Source: an uncultured Candidatus Entotheonella sp.
Lineage (GTDB): Bacteria > Tectomicrobia > Entotheonellia > Entotheonellales > Entotheonellaceae
Direction: 5' to 3'
Assembly: GCA_965215335.1 (NCBI GenBank)
Contig: CBDCDA010000001.1
Location: forward strand, 352,001 to 416,000
Length of the DNA stretch: 64,000 bases
The notes under the pieces are model-generated. The model had not been told where the DNA came from. It saw only the letters and a list, made by a program, of their open reading frames with translations, and searched no databases. How positions within the stretch are numbered: the first letter of the stretch is position 1; each line of letters starts with the position of its first letter. Position numbers and translations under genes: made by a program. This document shows, piece by piece, positions 9,296 through 20,078 of the stretch.

Positions 9296-11044
9296 TCATC
9301 CCACGCTGGCGCCGGCCGTGCTGGACGTGAGGCGGAACGGTGCGGCGGCCTGCCCGTGGGCGGGCAGGCCAAGCGGCAGGTGGACGTCCAGGAGGAAGGA
9401 ACGCTGCTCGTCCTCGACCACCTGCAAGCCGTGCTCGATCGCGTCCGCGACGCAGCCCTCATCCTGCACCCGCGTGCCTTCCACACCGAAGCCGCCGGCA
9501 ATCTGCACCGGATCAATGCCGTCCAGAACCACGCCGGCGTATTCGCCGGCCTGCTTCATGGCGCCATTGGCCAAGCCGAAGAAATTCGCCACAATGCCGT
9601 AGGACTGGTTGTCGGGAATGACGTAGAGCACGGGAATGGCGTGATGAACCGTTGTCCACAATCCCGAATCCGCGTAGAACAACGACCCGTCTCCGACCAG
9701 ACCGACGACCGGCCGGTCCGGCGCCGCGAGCTTGAGGCCGGCCGCCGCGCCAATCCCATAGCCTTCCGACCCGCCGGCGGATCTGACGTAGACGTTATTG
9801 CCGACGTCGGACGATCCCCCCAGGCAATCGAGGGGCAAGGCGAATTGCTCGATCATGACCAGCCCACCGCCGCGGCGTTCCAGAGCCTGGTCAAGTGTCT
9901 GCGCCAGGACCCACGGCCGCACCCGCAAGGGTTCGGGCGCGACATGCTGGTGCCTCTGGCGGCGTTTCTCGCGCAGCCGCGCCGCCTGGGTCCGGGCCCA
10001 GTCCCGCCGCTCGTCGTAGCGCCCTGCTGGCTCCTCCTGCCTCAGCGCCTGCAAACGTGCGAGTGTCCGTCGTTCATCCGCCAGAACACCCAGATCAAGA
10101 CTCGGGATGTTCTCGAAGTTCTCGCCATCGGGACCGATGGCGATCACGCGTCTTGCGTCGGCGAATGGCTGGTAATCGTCAGGCCGGCCATTGCCGCCGT
10201 GGCGGACGCCGATACACACGATGAGGTCGGGATCGAGGGCGGCCACCGCCGGCTCAAACGGTCCGCAATGCAAGGCGTGTTTGATGGGCACGCCGCGCAT
10301 GTCGCCGAAGAGGGTGGCGACAGCAGCGCCACAGTGCTCCGCCAGGGCCGTCGCCTGCGCTTCGGCGCCGCTCTTCCAGACCCCGTCGCCCACGTAGAAC
10401 AGGGGGCGCTTGGCGTCCCGCAGGGCACGGACGATGGTTTCGACGTCGTCATCGGCGGGATAGCCGGCCCGGGGGTCGGGCGCGCCGCCTTCAATAATGT
10501 TTGCGGTGACCTCCTGGGTGCCAAGCAGGCGATCGTAGACAGCCAGATGGACAGGGCCGACAGGCGGCGTTTTGGCCACCCGTATGGCCCGCTCGACAGC
10601 TTGCGGCAATCCTTCCGGATCGATCACGCTCCAGTTCGCCTTGGTAAACGGCGCGGAGATGGCTGTCGGGCCGAAATTGTGGCTGAGGTCGAGGCCGATC
10701 TTGTCCGCGAAACTGCCCGTATCGCCAGCAAAGGTAATGACCACGACGGGCAGGCTGCCGGTCCAGACATTGATGAGCTGGCCCAGACATTGCGCCAGAC
10801 CCGCGCCAAGGTGCACCACGGTAACGGCGACGTCGCCGTTGGCCTGCGTATAGCCGCCAGCCATGGCGGCGACGCTGCCCTCATGCAGCGCCAGGATGCC
10901 GTGAATATCAGGGTGACGATAGAGCGCATCGAAGAAGTGAGCCTCGCGCGAGCCGGAGTTGTAGAATACGTATTTCACACCGGACGCCACAAGTTGCTCG
11001 ACGATAAGCTGCGATGGATTCGCAACAATGGATCGCATCTGCAT
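9296..11044 (-). CDS. Thiamine diphosphate-dependent enzyme (benzoylformate decarboxylase-like)
   Basis: LALHEGSVAAMAGGY, VGDGSLFY...VIPDNQSYG ThDP motif. Confidence 0.88.
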   Translation of the reverse strand: MQMRSIVANPSQLIVEQLVASGVKYVFYNSGSREAHFFDALYRHPDIHGILALHEGSVAAMAGGYTQANGDVAVTVVHLGAGLAQCLGQLINVWTGSLPVVVITFAGDTGSFADKIGLDLSHNFGPTAISAPFTKANWSVIDPEGLPQAVERAIRVAKTPPVGPVHLAVYDRLLGTQEVTANIIEGGAPDPRAGYPADDDVETIVRALRDAKRPLFYVGDGVWKSGAEAQATALAEHCGAAVATLFGDMRGVPIKHALHCGPFEPAVAALDPDLIVCIGVRHGGNGRPDDYQPFADARRVIAIGPDGENFENIPSLDLGVLADERRTLARLQALRQEEPAGRYDERRDWARTQAARLREKRRQRHQHVAPEPLRVRPWVLAQTLDQALERRGGGLVMIEQFALPLDCLGGSSDVGNNVYVRSAGGSEGYGIGAAAGLKLAAPDRPVVGLVGDGSLFYADSGLWTTVHHAIPVLYVIPDNQSYGIVANFFGLANGAMKQAGEYAGVVLDGIDPVQIAGGFGVEGTRVQDEGCVADAIEHGLQVVEDEQRSFLLDVHLPLGLPAHGQAAAPFRLTSSTAGASVG

Positions 11045-11260
11045 GTGGAATACCTCGCTCGCGGGGTCGCTGGAGTCGTCCTGGAGGGTCAACGATGGGT
11101 CGCATGGATCAAGGTCAATGGCGGGCGATTATACGTTTGGCCCTGCGGACAAGCAAACACGGCGAGGCGTTGTGGTCTGGACAGGCCCATGCTGATGGGC
11201 TACCATGCCGCCTCCAGGCCCTTTAGAGACGCCGCCCTTCCTCCCCGCAGAGAACGCACC

Positions 11261-11542
11261 CATGACTGTTTCAGCGGAGCTGATGACCGCCGGGGAACTC
11301 CTCAAGCTGCCCGACGACGGCAAGCGTCGTGAGTCGACAGGAGGTGTCTTGAACGAGATGTCGCCGGCAGGAACGGCGCACGGCCTGACGACCGCAATGA
11401 AGGCGGGAGCCATCCTCTACCGTCTACCGGTCCAGGGAAGGCGTGCGGGTACTGGGGCAAGAGGACGTCCTGGACGGCAGCCTGGGTATTCGACGGATTC
11501 AGCGCCGAGGTGCGCGACTTGTTCCGTCAACCTGCATCCTGA
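11261..11542 (+). pseudogene. Internally deleted Uma2 family endonuclease remnant
   Basis: N-terminal MTVSAELMTAGELLKLPDDGKRRE...EMSPAGTAHG joined, with frameshifts, to C-terminal VLGQEDVLDGS / FDGFSAEVRDLF. Confidence 0.7.
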
Positions 11543-11566
11543 TCTGCAAAAAGGAGCCCTTACGCC

Positions 11567-12781
11567 ATGGCGCAAAGCACCGCATTAGCGGGCATCAAAG
11601 TTCTTGATTTGACACAATTCGAGGCCGGAACATCGTGCACCGAGGCGCTCGCCTGGCTGGGCGCCGACATTATCAAGGTCGAGAATCCCGACGGCGGCGA
11701 CCAGGGGCGTCGTGCGTCCACCGACCAGGATGGCATTGATTCGCCTTACTTCATGCTGCTCAACGCCAACAAGCGCAGCATCACCCTGAATCTGCGCACC
11801 TCCCGGGGCCGCGAGTTGTTCACGGAGATGCTGAAAAAAGCCGACATCATGATCGAGAATTTTGCCCCCGGAACGATCGAGCGGCTGGGCTTCGGCTTTG
11901 ACGCGGTGCACGAGATCAACCCGCGCGTCGTTTACGCGCAGATCAAGGGCTTTGGGCCGGGGCCGTACGAGCGATTCGTCAGCTTCGACATGATCGCGCA
12001 GTCCGCCGGCGGCTCGCTGAGCCTGACCGGCACACCGGAGACGGAACCGCTGAAACCCGGTCCGACCATCGGCGACACCGGCACCGGGTTGCACTGCGCC
12101 ATTGGTGTTCTGGCGGCGCTGCACCAGCGCGAGCGCACCGGCAAGGGCCAGCGCATCCAGGTGGCCATGCAGGATGCCGTGATCAACTTCAGCCGCATCG
12201 CCTTCGCCCGCCAGGCGCTGAGCGGGGAGGCCGCCGTCAGGTCGGGCAATCGCAGCGCGCTTGGCACCACGGCCCCCAGTGGGCTCTACCCCTGCAAGGG
12301 CGGCGGGCTGAACGATTATTGCTTCATCTACACCAGCCGCGCGGGCAACCGGCACTGGGACCGCTTGCTGAAAGCCATTGGCCGCGAGGATTTGATCGGC
12401 GACGAGCGGTTCGATTCGCCCCAGAAGCGCTGGGCCAATCACAACGAAGTGGACCGCCTGTTGACCGAGTTTACCCAGAGCCGCACCAAGCAGGAAGTCA
12501 TGCAGACCCTGGGCGATGCGGGGGTTCCCGCCGGCGCGGTGTATGACACGCTGGAACTGACCCAGGACCAAGCCCTGCAGGGCCGCGAGATGATCGTCAC
12601 GGTGGATCATCCCGAGCGCGGCAAGTTCACCCTGCCAGGGTGGCCGGTCAAGATGTCGGATTCCCATGTCGCGGTTGACCGTTCCCCGCTGCTCGGCGAA
12701 CACAACACCCAGGTTTATGCCGAATGGCTGGACCTGACACCGGACGATCTGGAGGACCTCAAGTCGCAGGACGTCATCTGA
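11567..12781 (+). CDS. Class III CoA-transferase (CaiB/BaiF, formyl-CoA transferase-like)
   Basis: LAGIKVLDLTQFEAG, LAWLGADIIKVE, LNANKRSITLNL, IGDTGTG, PLLGEHN. Confidence 0.92.
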   Translation: MAQSTALAGIKVLDLTQFEAGTSCTEALAWLGADIIKVENPDGGDQGRRASTDQDGIDSPYFMLLNANKRSITLNLRTSRGRELFTEMLKKADIMIENFAPGTIERLGFGFDAVHEINPRVVYAQIKGFGPGPYERFVSFDMIAQSAGGSLSLTGTPETEPLKPGPTIGDTGTGLHCAIGVLAALHQRERTGKGQRIQVAMQDAVINFSRIAFARQALSGEAAVRSGNRSALGTTAPSGLYPCKGGGLNDYCFIYTSRAGNRHWDRLLKAIGREDLIGDERFDSPQKRWANHNEVDRLLTEFTQSRTKQEVMQTLGDAGVPAGAVYDTLELTQDQALQGREMIVTVDHPERGKFTLPGWPVKMSDSHVAVDRSPLLGEHNTQVYAEWLDLTPDDLEDLKSQDVI

Positions 12782-13925
12782 GTTTTGCGGCGCCGTGATG
12801 CCACAGGGTGATGAGCACCACGACCGTCATGGCGCCTGTGGTGACCAACGGAAATCCCACCGCGCCCATCAGGGCGATGGCGCCGCCCGCCAATGGCCCG
12901 CCGGACAGCATGCCCAACTCCCAGATCAGGATGAAGGCCGCGTTTGCCGCGGCCATGCCGCCGGTCTGGAAACGGTTGCCCAAGAGCGTCAATCCCGCCG
13001 TGTAGAGACCCAGGCTGATCCCGCCACCGCAGAACGCGAGGGCGTACAGCGGCACCGTCGTGCGGATGAAGGCGTGCACCAGCAGGCTGGAGCCGGCCGC
13101 TGCCAAGGCCATGTGAGCGAGCAGTCGGCGGGGGTCGAATCGGTCCACTGCCCACCCGACCGGCGCCTGCAAGAGGACCCCGCCTGTCAGATAGGCGGCG
13201 TTCAGCCACACCGCCTCACCCTGCGTCAGCCCGGCGCTTACCCCGTAAAATGCCATGAGCCCCAGGGCCGAGCCCTGCGCGACGCCCATCATCAGCGCCG
13301 CGGCCATCAGCCTGGGCGCTTGTCGAACCCGGACGAACAGGCCGGCCGCCGGCATCCCGCTCGTCGGTGGGGCGCCCTTGCGTCCGAGGGGGATCAAGGC
13401 CGTTGCCGCAACCGCCAAGGCGATCATGATAAAGAAGGGGCGATGGCCGCCCAGGTCAAGGAAATCAAGGGACGCGGAGCCGGCCGCGGTGCCGCCGATG
13501 AAGCAGGCCACGTAGAGAGACAGAATGCGTCCGCGGCGGGTGTCGGGCGCGGCCTGGTTGATCCAGCTTTCACTCGATATCCAGTGCAGGGCAAGTCCGA
13601 TTCCGGCGATGAACCGGCAGGCCGTCCAGGCGCCGAACCCTTCCCGCCACATCATGCCGAGCAGGGCAAGGGCAAACAGGATGGCGCCTACGCCGATGGC
13701 CACCGGGTAGCCGAGGCGCCTGAGAATGCGGGTGGTAAGGGATGCGATGCCCAGAACCGCCACGGAGGAGGCCGCCGCATTCAGTCCGATCAGCCCGGCG
13801 GCGACGCCGAGTTCGTGCAGGCGCAGCGGAACGAACGGCAGGAACATGCCGACGGCAAACCCGAGCAGTACGTTGTTGAGCAGAACCGCCGCGATGCCGC
13901 GAGTTTGCTGGGAGAGGGGAGTCAT
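12774..13925 (-). CDS. MFS transporter (YcaD/YbfB-like)
   Basis: About 12 hydrophobic segments; ESWINQAAPDTRRGRILSLY, GWAVDRFDPRR. Confidence 0.85.
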   Translation of the reverse strand: MTPLSQQTRGIAAVLLNNVLLGFAVGMFLPFVPLRLHELGVAAGLIGLNAAASSVAVLGIASLTTRILRRLGYPVAIGVGAILFALALLGMMWREGFGAWTACRFIAGIGLALHWISSESWINQAAPDTRRGRILSLYVACFIGGTAAGSASLDFLDLGGHRPFFIMIALAVAATALIPLGRKGAPPTSGMPAAGLFVRVRQAPRLMAAALMMGVAQGSALGLMAFYGVSAGLTQGEAVWLNAAYLTGGVLLQAPVGWAVDRFDPRRLLAHMALAAAGSSLLVHAFIRTTVPLYALAFCGGGISLGLYTAGLTLLGNRFQTGGMAAANAAFILIWELGMLSGGPLAGGAIALMGAVGFPLVTTGAMTVVVLITLWHHGAAKLR

Positions 13926-14106
13926 GCGCACCAGTCTATCAGGACCCGTGCGGCTACCTGGCCGTCAAAACTGTCCGAAGTATTGATAGCCATCTGTCAT
14001 CACATAGCGTAGATGATGGCGTTGGTGGCCACAGACCACACCTCGCAATTGCGCCAGCCAGGCATCGATGCGGGTGCCTTGTACCTCAGCGGTCTTGTCG
14101 CTCGGT

Positions 14107-14525
14107 GGTGTCTGCTCGACACTGAGGTCTTCAACGCCATCCGGTATGTGCTGGCCACGGGATGCCGGTGGCGGGCGTTGCCGAGGGATTTCCCGCCCTG
14201 TTCGACGGTCATCAACCATTTTTACCGGTGGCGAGGCAGCGGTGTTTTCGATCGCATGATGGATGCGCTTCATGATGGCACGGGCCGAGGCGGGGCGCAA
14301 GGGATTTACGGTCTTGTCACGTCGTTGGGTCGTGGATGGAGCGGACGTTCGGATGGATGGGTCGCTGCCGTCGTCTTGCCAAGGACATAGAGAGGACGGT
14401 GGCAAGTTCTCTGGCCTGGGTAAAACTGGCCGGATGTCGGTTCATGATGCGAAGGGTCGCCAGGTCTCAGAGGCCGCGCAATTCTGCTGAGACGGCTGCC
14501 TGATGACTTATGGAACAGACTCTCA
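14107..14525 (+). mobile_element. Internally deleted IS5-family (IS1031-like) remnant
   Basis: EVFNAIRYVLATGCRWRALPRDFPPCSTV..HFYRWR joined to GFTVLSRRWVV / RTFGWMGRCRRLAKD; right end GGAACAGACTC followed by TCA; left boundary uncertain. Confidence 0.8.
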
Positions 14526-14769
14526 CGATTGCCGGTGGCGAGCTCGCAACGGGCCGGTCGCGCAAACGTGCTATGCTGGCGGCGTATTCCAGATCGCATG
14601 CCGGTCATGCAAAAGATGATCGGGCGCAAGCCGGTGACGACGAGGAAAGCGGCGAGGGCACGTGGCACGACTGACTGGCAAAGTGGCGGTGATAACAGGC
14701 GGAGCGGGGGGAAATGTCAAAACGAGACGCTACCAGGCGACGGCTTGATTCGCCAAGTCGGAACGCCGC

Positions 14770-14778
14770 TGCTAGAAT
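14770..14778 (+). promoter_or_regulatory. Putative extended -10 promoter for the RND operon
   Basis: TGcTAGAAT about 70 nt upstream of the adaptor start. Confidence 0.4.
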
Positions 14779-14849
14779 GCGCGTCATGGCACGCAAACCG
14801 CATGTTCAGGATCATTTTTCGGGCTGTCCTGTCCCATTGGGTCACCGCA

Positions 14850-16133
14850 ATGCGCCGTAGGATGGCTACCGTTTTAGCGATTGTGCTCGTTGTTGGAGCC
14901 GTTGTCCTCGTCTACACTTATCTGTTGCCCACCCCCATAGCCGACAGTCCTGCCGCCTCCCAAGAGCCACCGGCCGTCAAGCCGTTTCCCGTTCAGACCA
15001 TCATCGCCCGACGCGGCACGCTTACCCAGTCCATCGCGGCCACGGGTGACGTTCTGGCGGAGGCGCGCGTCGAGGTGTTTCCGAAAATCGCCGGGCATCT
15101 CGAGGAATTGAGCGTCGAGGAGGGGGATGCGGTGCGCGCCGGCCAGGTAATCGCTCGTATCGCCAACGCCGAGTTTCAGGCCCGGGTGGCCAGGGCATCC
15201 GCAGAGGTTGACGCGCTGCAAGCGGAGTGGGCGCAGATGCAATCCGGTGCGCTGCCGGAGGAAATCGCTCAGGCGGTCGATGCGGTCGAGCACAGCCGCG
15301 CCGAATTGGCCAACGCCGAAGGGTTTGCCGAGCGCACGCGCGGCATGGTCGAGCGCGGCCTGCAATCCACCCAGGAGCTTGAGGACGCCACGCGCCGCCT
15401 GCACCAGGCGCGCGCCATGCACAACAGCGCCAGCCAACGCCTGCAACTGCTCCGCACCGGGGCGCGCAGCGAGGCCCGCCAAGCTTTGCAAGCCCGCCTG
15501 CGGGCCGCGCAGGCGGCACACGAACTGGCGACCATCGAATTGCAGCACACGGTCATCGCCTCCCCCATGGATGGCATCGTCAGCCATCGCTACGTCGACC
15601 CTGGCGCCTACGTGACGACGACCGAACCGCCTGTTGTAACCATCGAGGCGATGCAGACCGTAAAGATCGAGGTGCCCATCAGCGAGCGGGATGTCGTGGC
15701 CGTTCGTCCGGGTCACAGGGCGCTGATTCAGGTGGATGCGTATGCCGACGAGCCGTTTCCTGGCACGGTACGGCGACTCGGTCCGACCATCGATCCGAGC
15801 AGCCGCAGCGGTGCGGTAGAGATCGGCCTGGCGAATCCGGACTACCGGCTCAAGCCGGGGATGTTTGCGAAGGTGACGCTGATCCTGGCGGAACGTGAGG
15901 ACGTCGTGCTCGTGCCGCGCGATGCCTTGCGGCCGGCCGGCTCCGAGACGACGGTGTTCGTCGTTCGGGACGGCACGGCACACCGGCAGCCGGTCAGCAC
16001 GGGTCTGATGAACGATACGCTGGTGGAGATTCGCGACGGCTTGGCGACCGGCGACGAGGTGGTGCTCTCGGGGCACAGCAGCCTGCAGGATCAGGCACCG
16101 GTCAACGTCGTGCAGTCGCAGGGACAGGGTTGA
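14850..16133 (+). CDS. RND efflux periplasmic adaptor (membrane fusion protein)
   Basis: N-terminal TM; VEEGDAVRAGQVIA, long helical hairpin, IASPMDGIV, LKPGMFA. Confidence 0.92.
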   Translation: MRRRMATVLAIVLVVGAVVLVYTYLLPTPIADSPAASQEPPAVKPFPVQTIIARRGTLTQSIAATGDVLAEARVEVFPKIAGHLEELSVEEGDAVRAGQVIARIANAEFQARVARASAEVDALQAEWAQMQSGALPEEIAQAVDAVEHSRAELANAEGFAERTRGMVERGLQSTQELEDATRRLHQARAMHNSASQRLQLLRTGARSEARQALQARLRAAQAAHELATIELQHTVIASPMDGIVSHRYVDPGAYVTTTEPPVVTIEAMQTVKIEVPISERDVVAVRPGHRALIQVDAYADEPFPGTVRRLGPTIDPSSRSGAVEIGLANPDYRLKPGMFAKVTLILAEREDVVLVPRDALRPAGSETTVFVVRDGTAHRQPVSTGLMNDTLVEIRDGLATGDEVVLSGHSSLQDQAPVNVVQSQGQG

Positions 16134-16162
16134 CGACCTACCGGGCAGTGGAGGGGTGAGGC

Positions 16163-19100
16163 ATGAAACTTTCCGCGCTTGCCGTGGCGCGACCGGTTAC
16201 CACCGGGATGTTCTTCCTGGCCGTGCTGGTGCTCGGTCTCATCTCGTTCTCGCGTTTGGCGGTGGACCAACTCCCCGACATCATGCGGCCCTCGGTGACG
16301 GTGACCACGGCCTATGAGGGCGCCGCGCCCGACATCGTGGAGCGCCAGGTCACCAACCCGCTGGAAAAGGTGCTGGCGACCATCAACAACGTCAAGTCCG
16401 TGCGCTCCTCGTCCAGCGAGGACAGCTCGAAAATCTCTCTCGACTTCGACTGGAACACCGACGTTGACCTGGCGGCCCTGGAGGTACGCGAAAAGGTCAA
16501 TGACTCCCTGCGCCTCCTGCCCGAAGAGATCGACCCGCCGCGCATCAGCAAGTTCGACCCCGCCAGTTGGCACATCATCTATCTCAATCTCACGGCCGGC
16601 GGCGCTTTGGATCCGATCGCCCTCCGACACTACGCGGAAACGACGCTGCTGTACCAGCTTCAGCAAATCGCCGGGGTGGCGTCCGTCGACATCTGGGGCG
16701 GCGACCAGCGTGAGATCCAGGTGCTGATCGACCGCAACCGGCTGGCCGCGACCGGTATTCCCCTGCAGCGTGTGGTCGAGGTAGTGGGTGCCGAGAACGT
16801 CACCAAGGTCGGTGGGCATCTGGAGAGCGGGCGCACCGATTACGTGGTGCGGCCGTTGGGCGAATTCGAGCGGGTGGAAGATATCCGGGACGTCATCCTG
16901 CGCCACGACGGCGCCTCGCCGGTGTATCTCAAGGACGTCGCCGAGGTACACGACGGCATGAAGGAGCGCCTGACGCGCACCCGGGTCAATCGCATCCCCG
17001 GGCTCGTCATGGCGATCCGCAAGCAGTCGGGCACCAACACGGTGGAGGTGTCGGACCTCATCCAGGCCCGTCTACCCGTCCTGCGGCAGCAGTTGCCGCC
17101 GACCATGCAACTGCACCTGCTGTTCGACCGCGCCGCCTTTATCCGGCGCTCCATCGCCCAGGTAGAGAGAAGCGCGCTCATCGGCGGCTGCATCGCCGTC
17201 GTTATCCTGCTGATGTTCCTGCGCAGCCTGCGCCCCACGATCATCATCGCCTTTGCCATTCCGCTGGCGGTGGTGGCCACCTTCATCTTGCTCTATCAGG
17301 TCGACATCAGTCTCAACTGGATGTCGCTGGGCGGCCTGGCCCTCGGCATCGGCATGCTGGTGGACAATTCCGTCGTGGTACTGGAGAACATCTTCCGCCA
17401 CCGTCAGCAGGGCACGGACCGCCGAGAGGCCGCGGTGGTGGGAAGCCGCGAAGTCGGCATGGCGATCATCGCTTCCACCCTGACGACGTTATGCGTTTTC
17501 TTCCCGCTCATTTTCATGCAAGGCATGATGGGCATCGTGTTTCAGGAACTCGCCCTGACGGTGGCCTTCGCCCTGGTGACGTCGCTGCTCGTGGCGCTGA
17601 CGCTGGTGCCGATGCTGTGCGCCAAATGGCTGTCTCGCCCGTTGCGGGAAGGGCCTCCGGAGGGGCCGACCCATCGTCTGGACGTGGCGTGGCGGTCGGT
17701 GCTCGTGGCCATCGAACGCGGCTACGGTGCAGCGCTGCATGTCGCGCTGCATCATCGGCCGGCCGTGCTCGTCCTGTGCGCCTGCATTCTGGGTGGCACC
17801 TGGACGCTTTATTCCAGCCTGGGATCGGAACTGCTGCCGTCGGTGGACGAGGGCATGATGTACATCCGCCTCGAGATGCCGGTGGGCACCAGGCTGGAGA
17901 TTACCGACGACATCATGGCCGACATCGAGACCAGGGTATACAACGAGGCACCCGACGTGCAGGCGATGTTCGTGCGCTCCGGCCTGGGGTTTCGGGGTGG
18001 TGGCGGTACGCACAGCGGCTTCCTGTGGGCGCGTCTGATCGACCGCTCGCAGCGCCAGGAATCGTTGAAAGACGTCTTGGCGGTACTGAAGGAGCAGTTG
18101 TCGAATTATCCCGACGGCAAGGTGCGTATCATGGAGCGTCCCTCCGACGTCGCCCGCCTCCTCGGTTCGGGACGCTCGGAGCGTCTGGAGGTCGATGTCT
18201 ACGGCTATGATCTGGCGCGCGGCCGCGCCCTGGCGCAACAACTGGCCGACAAGATCGAGGCCGTCGAGGGCGTGTCCTATGTGCGGCTGAACATCGACGA
18301 CAGCCGCCCGGAGATGCGTATTACCATCGACCGGCAAAAGGCGGCGGCGCTGCAGATCAGCACCCATACCATTTTGCAGGCCATCGAAACCGGCATTGCC
18401 GGCACGATTGCGTCCAAATACCGCGAGGGCCGCCACGAGTACGACATCCGGGTGCGCCTGCGTCCCGAGGACCGCCGGGAACTGGCCGACCTGGAGCGCA
18501 TCTTCGTCGCCACGCCCGGCGGCCAGCAGGTGCCGCTGCGCAACCTGACCGCGGCGCGGGCGGACAAGGGGCCGGTCGTCATCGAGCGACGCAACCAGGA
18601 GCGGGCGGTGACGATCCAGGCGGGGATGACGGGGACGCGCGATTTCGGCAGTCTGGCTGCCGAAATCGAAGAACTTCTTGCGACCACAGCCATTCCGCAA
18701 GGCTTTCACGTGCGAATGGGCGGCGAGCGGGAGGAGCAACGCGAGGCCAACCGCAACGTGCATCTCATTGTTGTGTTGTCGATTCTGCTGGTCTACATGA
18801 TCATGGCGGCGCTGTTCGAGTCGCTGCTGCACCCGTTCGTCATTCTGCTGGCCATTCCGTTCGCCGCGGTGGGCGGCATCCTGACGTTGTGGCTGACCGG
18901 CACCAACCTCAGCATGCCGGTATGGATCGGCGGCATCATGCTGGTGGGTGTGGCAGTCAACAACGGCATCATCATGGTCGATTACACCAACCAGCTGCGG
19001 CAGCGCGGCTTCGACGTCATGGACGCCACCTGGCGGGGGGCCGTCACGCGCCTGCGCCCGGTGCTGATCACCACGCTCACCACCGCTCTGGCCCTGCTGC

Positions 19101-19297
19101 CCCTGGCCATCGGCTTCGGCGAAGGCGGCGAAGTCTGGGCGCCCCTGGGCCGTGTCGTGGTCGGCGGGCTGTCCGTCGCCGCGCTGTTCACCCTGTTTCT
19201 CGTTCCCACCTTGTACAGCCTCATCGAGGAGCGCCGCGCTCGGCGTCTCGTATCGCCTGCATCCGCCCACACCCTCACGCCCCAGGGCGCCGTGTAA
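16163..19297 (+). CDS. RND efflux permease (AcrB/AcrD/AcrF family)
   Basis: 1044 aa; GMLVDNSVVVLENI, RLRPVLITTLTT. Confidence 0.95.
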   Translation: MKLSALAVARPVTTGMFFLAVLVLGLISFSRLAVDQLPDIMRPSVTVTTAYEGAAPDIVERQVTNPLEKVLATINNVKSVRSSSSEDSSKISLDFDWNTDVDLAALEVREKVNDSLRLLPEEIDPPRISKFDPASWHIIYLNLTAGGALDPIALRHYAETTLLYQLQQIAGVASVDIWGGDQREIQVLIDRNRLAATGIPLQRVVEVVGAENVTKVGGHLESGRTDYVVRPLGEFERVEDIRDVILRHDGASPVYLKDVAEVHDGMKERLTRTRVNRIPGLVMAIRKQSGTNTVEVSDLIQARLPVLRQQLPPTMQLHLLFDRAAFIRRSIAQVERSALIGGCIAVVILLMFLRSLRPTIIIAFAIPLAVVATFILLYQVDISLNWMSLGGLALGIGMLVDNSVVVLENIFRHRQQGTDRREAAVVGSREVGMAIIASTLTTLCVFFPLIFMQGMMGIVFQELALTVAFALVTSLLVALTLVPMLCAKWLSRPLREGPPEGPTHRLDVAWRSVLVAIERGYGAALHVALHHRPAVLVLCACILGGTWTLYSSLGSELLPSVDEGMMYIRLEMPVGTRLEITDDIMADIETRVYNEAPDVQAMFVRSGLGFRGGGGTHSGFLWARLIDRSQRQESLKDVLAVLKEQLSNYPDGKVRIMERPSDVARLLGSGRSERLEVDVYGYDLARGRALAQQLADKIEAVEGVSYVRLNIDDSRPEMRITIDRQKAAALQISTHTILQAIETGIAGTIASKYREGRHEYDIRVRLRPEDRRELADLERIFVATPGGQQVPLRNLTAARADKGPVVIERRNQERAVTIQAGMTGTRDFGSLAAEIEELLATTAIPQGFHVRMGGEREEQREANRNVHLIVVLSILLVYMIMAALFESLLHPFVILLAIPFAAVGGILTLWLTGTNLSMPVWIGGIMLVGVAVNNGIIMVDYTNQLRQRGFDVMDATWRGAVTRLRPVLITTLTTALALLPLAIGFGEGGEVWAPLGRVVVGGLSVAALFTLFLVPTLYSLIEERRARRLVSPASAHTLTPQGAV

Positions 19298-19386
19298 CCA
19301 CACCAAAGCCGTAGCCCCGATTTTGCTCTTGACTTTCCGCCCCGAATCGTCTGTTGGGCAACTCACGAGTTGGTACTTTGGCATAT

Positions 19387-20060
19387 ATGGAGAACGCAGA
19401 AAAGAGGTTCGAGGTGATGGATCGTCGCAGATTCCTGACCATTTTAAGCAGCACCGTGGCTGCCTCAGGCAGTGCGAAAGTCCTTGCCGTCCACAAAGTT
19501 GCCGCCCTTGGCACGATGAAAAAGGCTTATACGTTTTTCACGCATGCCGAGAGTGTCTTTATCGGAGCAGCGGTGGCCCGCCTCGTCTCGGCGGATGACC
19601 TCGGGCCGGGGGATCTCGAGGCCGATGTGCCGTACTTCATCGACCTGCCCGGCATCCATGACGAGCTGAAATTCAATCGTCGTTTGGAGTTATTCGAGGA
19701 CCTCTCCCGCAGCACGATCACCTGCCGCCCTCGGCTTCATCGGCGGTATTTTCAATGACTTACTTCCAGCTCGGCAGTGGCCCGATGATGTATCAGCCCA
19801 CGCCGCCGGGCACGCCGAGTCGGGGCTCGGAATAGAAACAGGCCGTGGCGCATTACTACAACCGTTCGCTCCAGGTGGTCGGTTTTCACGACCACCTGTC
19901 GTATCGCGGCAATTACATGGATCTCGATCCGAATTACAGCGACATCTACGGCAATCCGTTGCTGCTGCCTGACCTACGATATCGGGCCTAACGAGATCCA
20001 CATGTCAGACTACATGGTTGGCGTGGGTCACGAGGTTGCCAAGGCGATGAAGCCCAGATC
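19387..20060 (+). pseudogene. Collapsed remnant of a gluconate 2-dehydrogenase-type operon (subunit 3 N-terminus plus two GMC flavoprotein pieces)
   Basis: Tat MDRRRFL...YTFFT...AAVARLVSADDLGPG..ADVPYFID; then HDELKF...EDLSRSTIT; then PTPPGTPSRGSE*KQAVAHYYN...SYRGNYMDLDPNYSDIYGNPLL with stops and frameshifts. Confidence 0.75.
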
Positions 20061-20078
20061 GGGGGCAGGGAGGTTTCT

